56,371 nt of DNA from the NCBI GenBank assembly GCA_964463425.1, contig CAYXBV010000002.1, positions 14,297-70,667 of the forward strand. The letters run 5' to 3'. Below the pieces are notes generated by a model. The model did no database searches, was not told where the DNA came from, and was given only the letters and a program-made list of their open reading frames with translations. The first letter of the stretch is position 1. The number at the start of each line of letters is the position of its first letter. Origin of the DNA: an uncultured Gammaproteobacteria bacterium. Its GTDB lineage: Bacteria; Patescibacteriota; Microgenomatia; UBA8517. Below are positions 55,871 through 56,371 of this stretch, in pieces. The position numbers were made by a program, and so were the translations under genes.

Positions 55871-56371
55871 ATGCCCGACGAAGACAAAACAACAAACACA
55901 AACCAACCAATTATCGACAACCCCACTGCTCCAACTACCCCAGCAGTAAACACTCCCATTGGTAATTCTGGACAGCAAGCCAATACACCACCGCCTATGG
56001 TAGATGGCGCCTACTCCCCACCACCACCAATCGTTGAAGAAGCTAAATCCGAAATTCCCAGCACAGCACCCGTTCCAGAAACAGAAAAAGCAACCCAAGA
56101 TATTCCCAATATTCCCCCAGTTATAACAACTTCGGGAGGCGGAAGAAAAAAACCAGTCGGCAAAAAAATGATTGCAACAATCCTTGGAGTTCTAGTTTTG
56201 GTTGGAGGAGTTGGAGCAGGAGTTATTCTTGTTCAAAATCAACAAGATATTAGAGAAGATGCAAGGGAAGAAGGAGGAGGATATATAACGCCATCCCCAC
56301 CCGATCCAGCACCAGCCGATCAGCCCCCATACGATCAGCCCCCATACGATCGGCCCTCATACGATCAGCCC
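55871..56371 (+). CDS. hypothetical Pro-rich membrane protein (N-terminal 167 codons; runs off the window)
   Basis: Not in the track because it is open-ended. ATG at 55871 reads MPDEDKTTNTNQPIIDNPTAPTTP...GRKKPVGKKMIATILGVLVLVGGVGAGVILVQNQQDIREDAREEGGGYITPSPPDPAPADQPPYDQPPYDRPSYDQP with no stop to the window end. Confidence 0.7.
   Translation, partial: MPDEDKTTNTNQPIIDNPTAPTTPAVNTPIGNSGQQANTPPPMVDGAYSPPPPIVEEAKSEIPSTAPVPETEKATQDIPNIPPVITTSGGGRKKPVGKKMIATILGVLVLVGGVGAGVILVQNQQDIREDAREEGGGYITPSPPDPAPADQPPYDQPPYDRPSYDQP
56318..56371 (+). repeat. 15-bp in-frame tandem repeat (GATCAGCCCCCATAC)n encoding (DQPPY)n
   Basis: Copies lie at 56318-56332 and 56333-56347 (identical) and 56348-56362 (2 mismatches). 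A fourth copy is cut by the window end. Confidence 0.85.

Noticed and set aside
55847-56098. An 83-aa minus-strand ORF rich in Trp, Cys and Gly overlaps the start of the last plus-strand gene. Similar minus-strand ORFs are 54231-54500, 54482-54781, 55157-55387 and 55529-55786.
   Set aside because: They are antisense to the plus-strand genes of the coupled operon and the partial ORF that follows it. Their composition mirrors the Pro/Thr-rich sense sequence, and they have no start context or motifs.
1-56371. I searched all spacers longer than 60 bp for tRNA, rRNA, CRISPR repeats, IS elements or transposases, integrases and toxin-antitoxin pairs.
   Set aside because: No cloverleaf-compatible sequences, T-loop GTTCGAATC-like motifs, direct-repeat/spacer arrays, terminal inverted repeats or recombinase-like ORFs were seen. 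The only true repeat is the 15-bp coding repeat at the 3' edge.

Overview
This is an AT-rich bacterial chromosomal segment that uses the standard genetic code (TGA is a stop in rplV and dnaJ). Positions 1-52400 carry one uninterrupted run of about 70 minus-strand genes. The orientation then switches to the plus strand at a divergent murJ/rpsT spacer.

The minus-strand block is almost entirely core information-processing machinery:
- rpoB-rpoC-rpsL-rpsG-fusA-tuf, followed by the S10, spc and alpha ribosomal-protein operons down to rplQ, which is cut by the window edge.
- A cell-envelope and housekeeping stretch: mltG, ruvX, sortase, alaS, a RodZ-like gene, ftsK, rnj, udg, a Lon-like ATPase, pnp and rpsO.
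- nusA-infB.
- The hrcA-grpE-dnaK-dnaJ heat-shock operon and murJ.

The plus-strand end carries rpsT and a tightly coupled pilN-like/pilO-like operon with lineage-specific surface proteins.

Several features point to a reduced-genome Candidate Phyla Radiation (Patescibacteria)-type organism. This is an inference, not proven:
- rpmD (L30) is absent.
- Several proteins are minimal: IF-2 without its N-terminus, AlaRS without the C-Ala domain, a short HrcA, and Lon reduced to its AAA+ module.
- rimP, rbfA and truB are missing.
- Many nucleic-acid-binding proteins carry Lys-rich tails.

I could recognise no rRNA, tRNA, CRISPR array or transposase.

Observations most worth following up:
1. A promoter, structured leader and terminator unit sits between rpsJ and rplC. 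Similar promoter-to-hairpin/U-tract leaders precede tuf, rpoB and nusA.
2. An unannotated 56-codon basic ORF is translationally coupled between rplV and rpsC.
3. Four genes appear to be leaderless, with a -10 box 6-7 nt from the ATG. One is hrcA, whose CIRCE operator lies inside the called ORF.
4. The alaS-ruvX-mltG neighbourhood is interrupted by a sortase, a 745-aa bitopic protein, a phosphoacceptor-less receiver domain and a zinc-ribbon miniprotein.
5. The Lon-like protein has an AAA+ module but no protease domain.
6. A pilN/pilO-like operon lacks pilM and is coupled to two unknown envelope proteins. One of these has a sorting-signal-like C-terminus and shares an N-terminal anchor motif with the next gene.

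All functional calls come from reading the translated ORFs and motifs by eye. No database searches were run.
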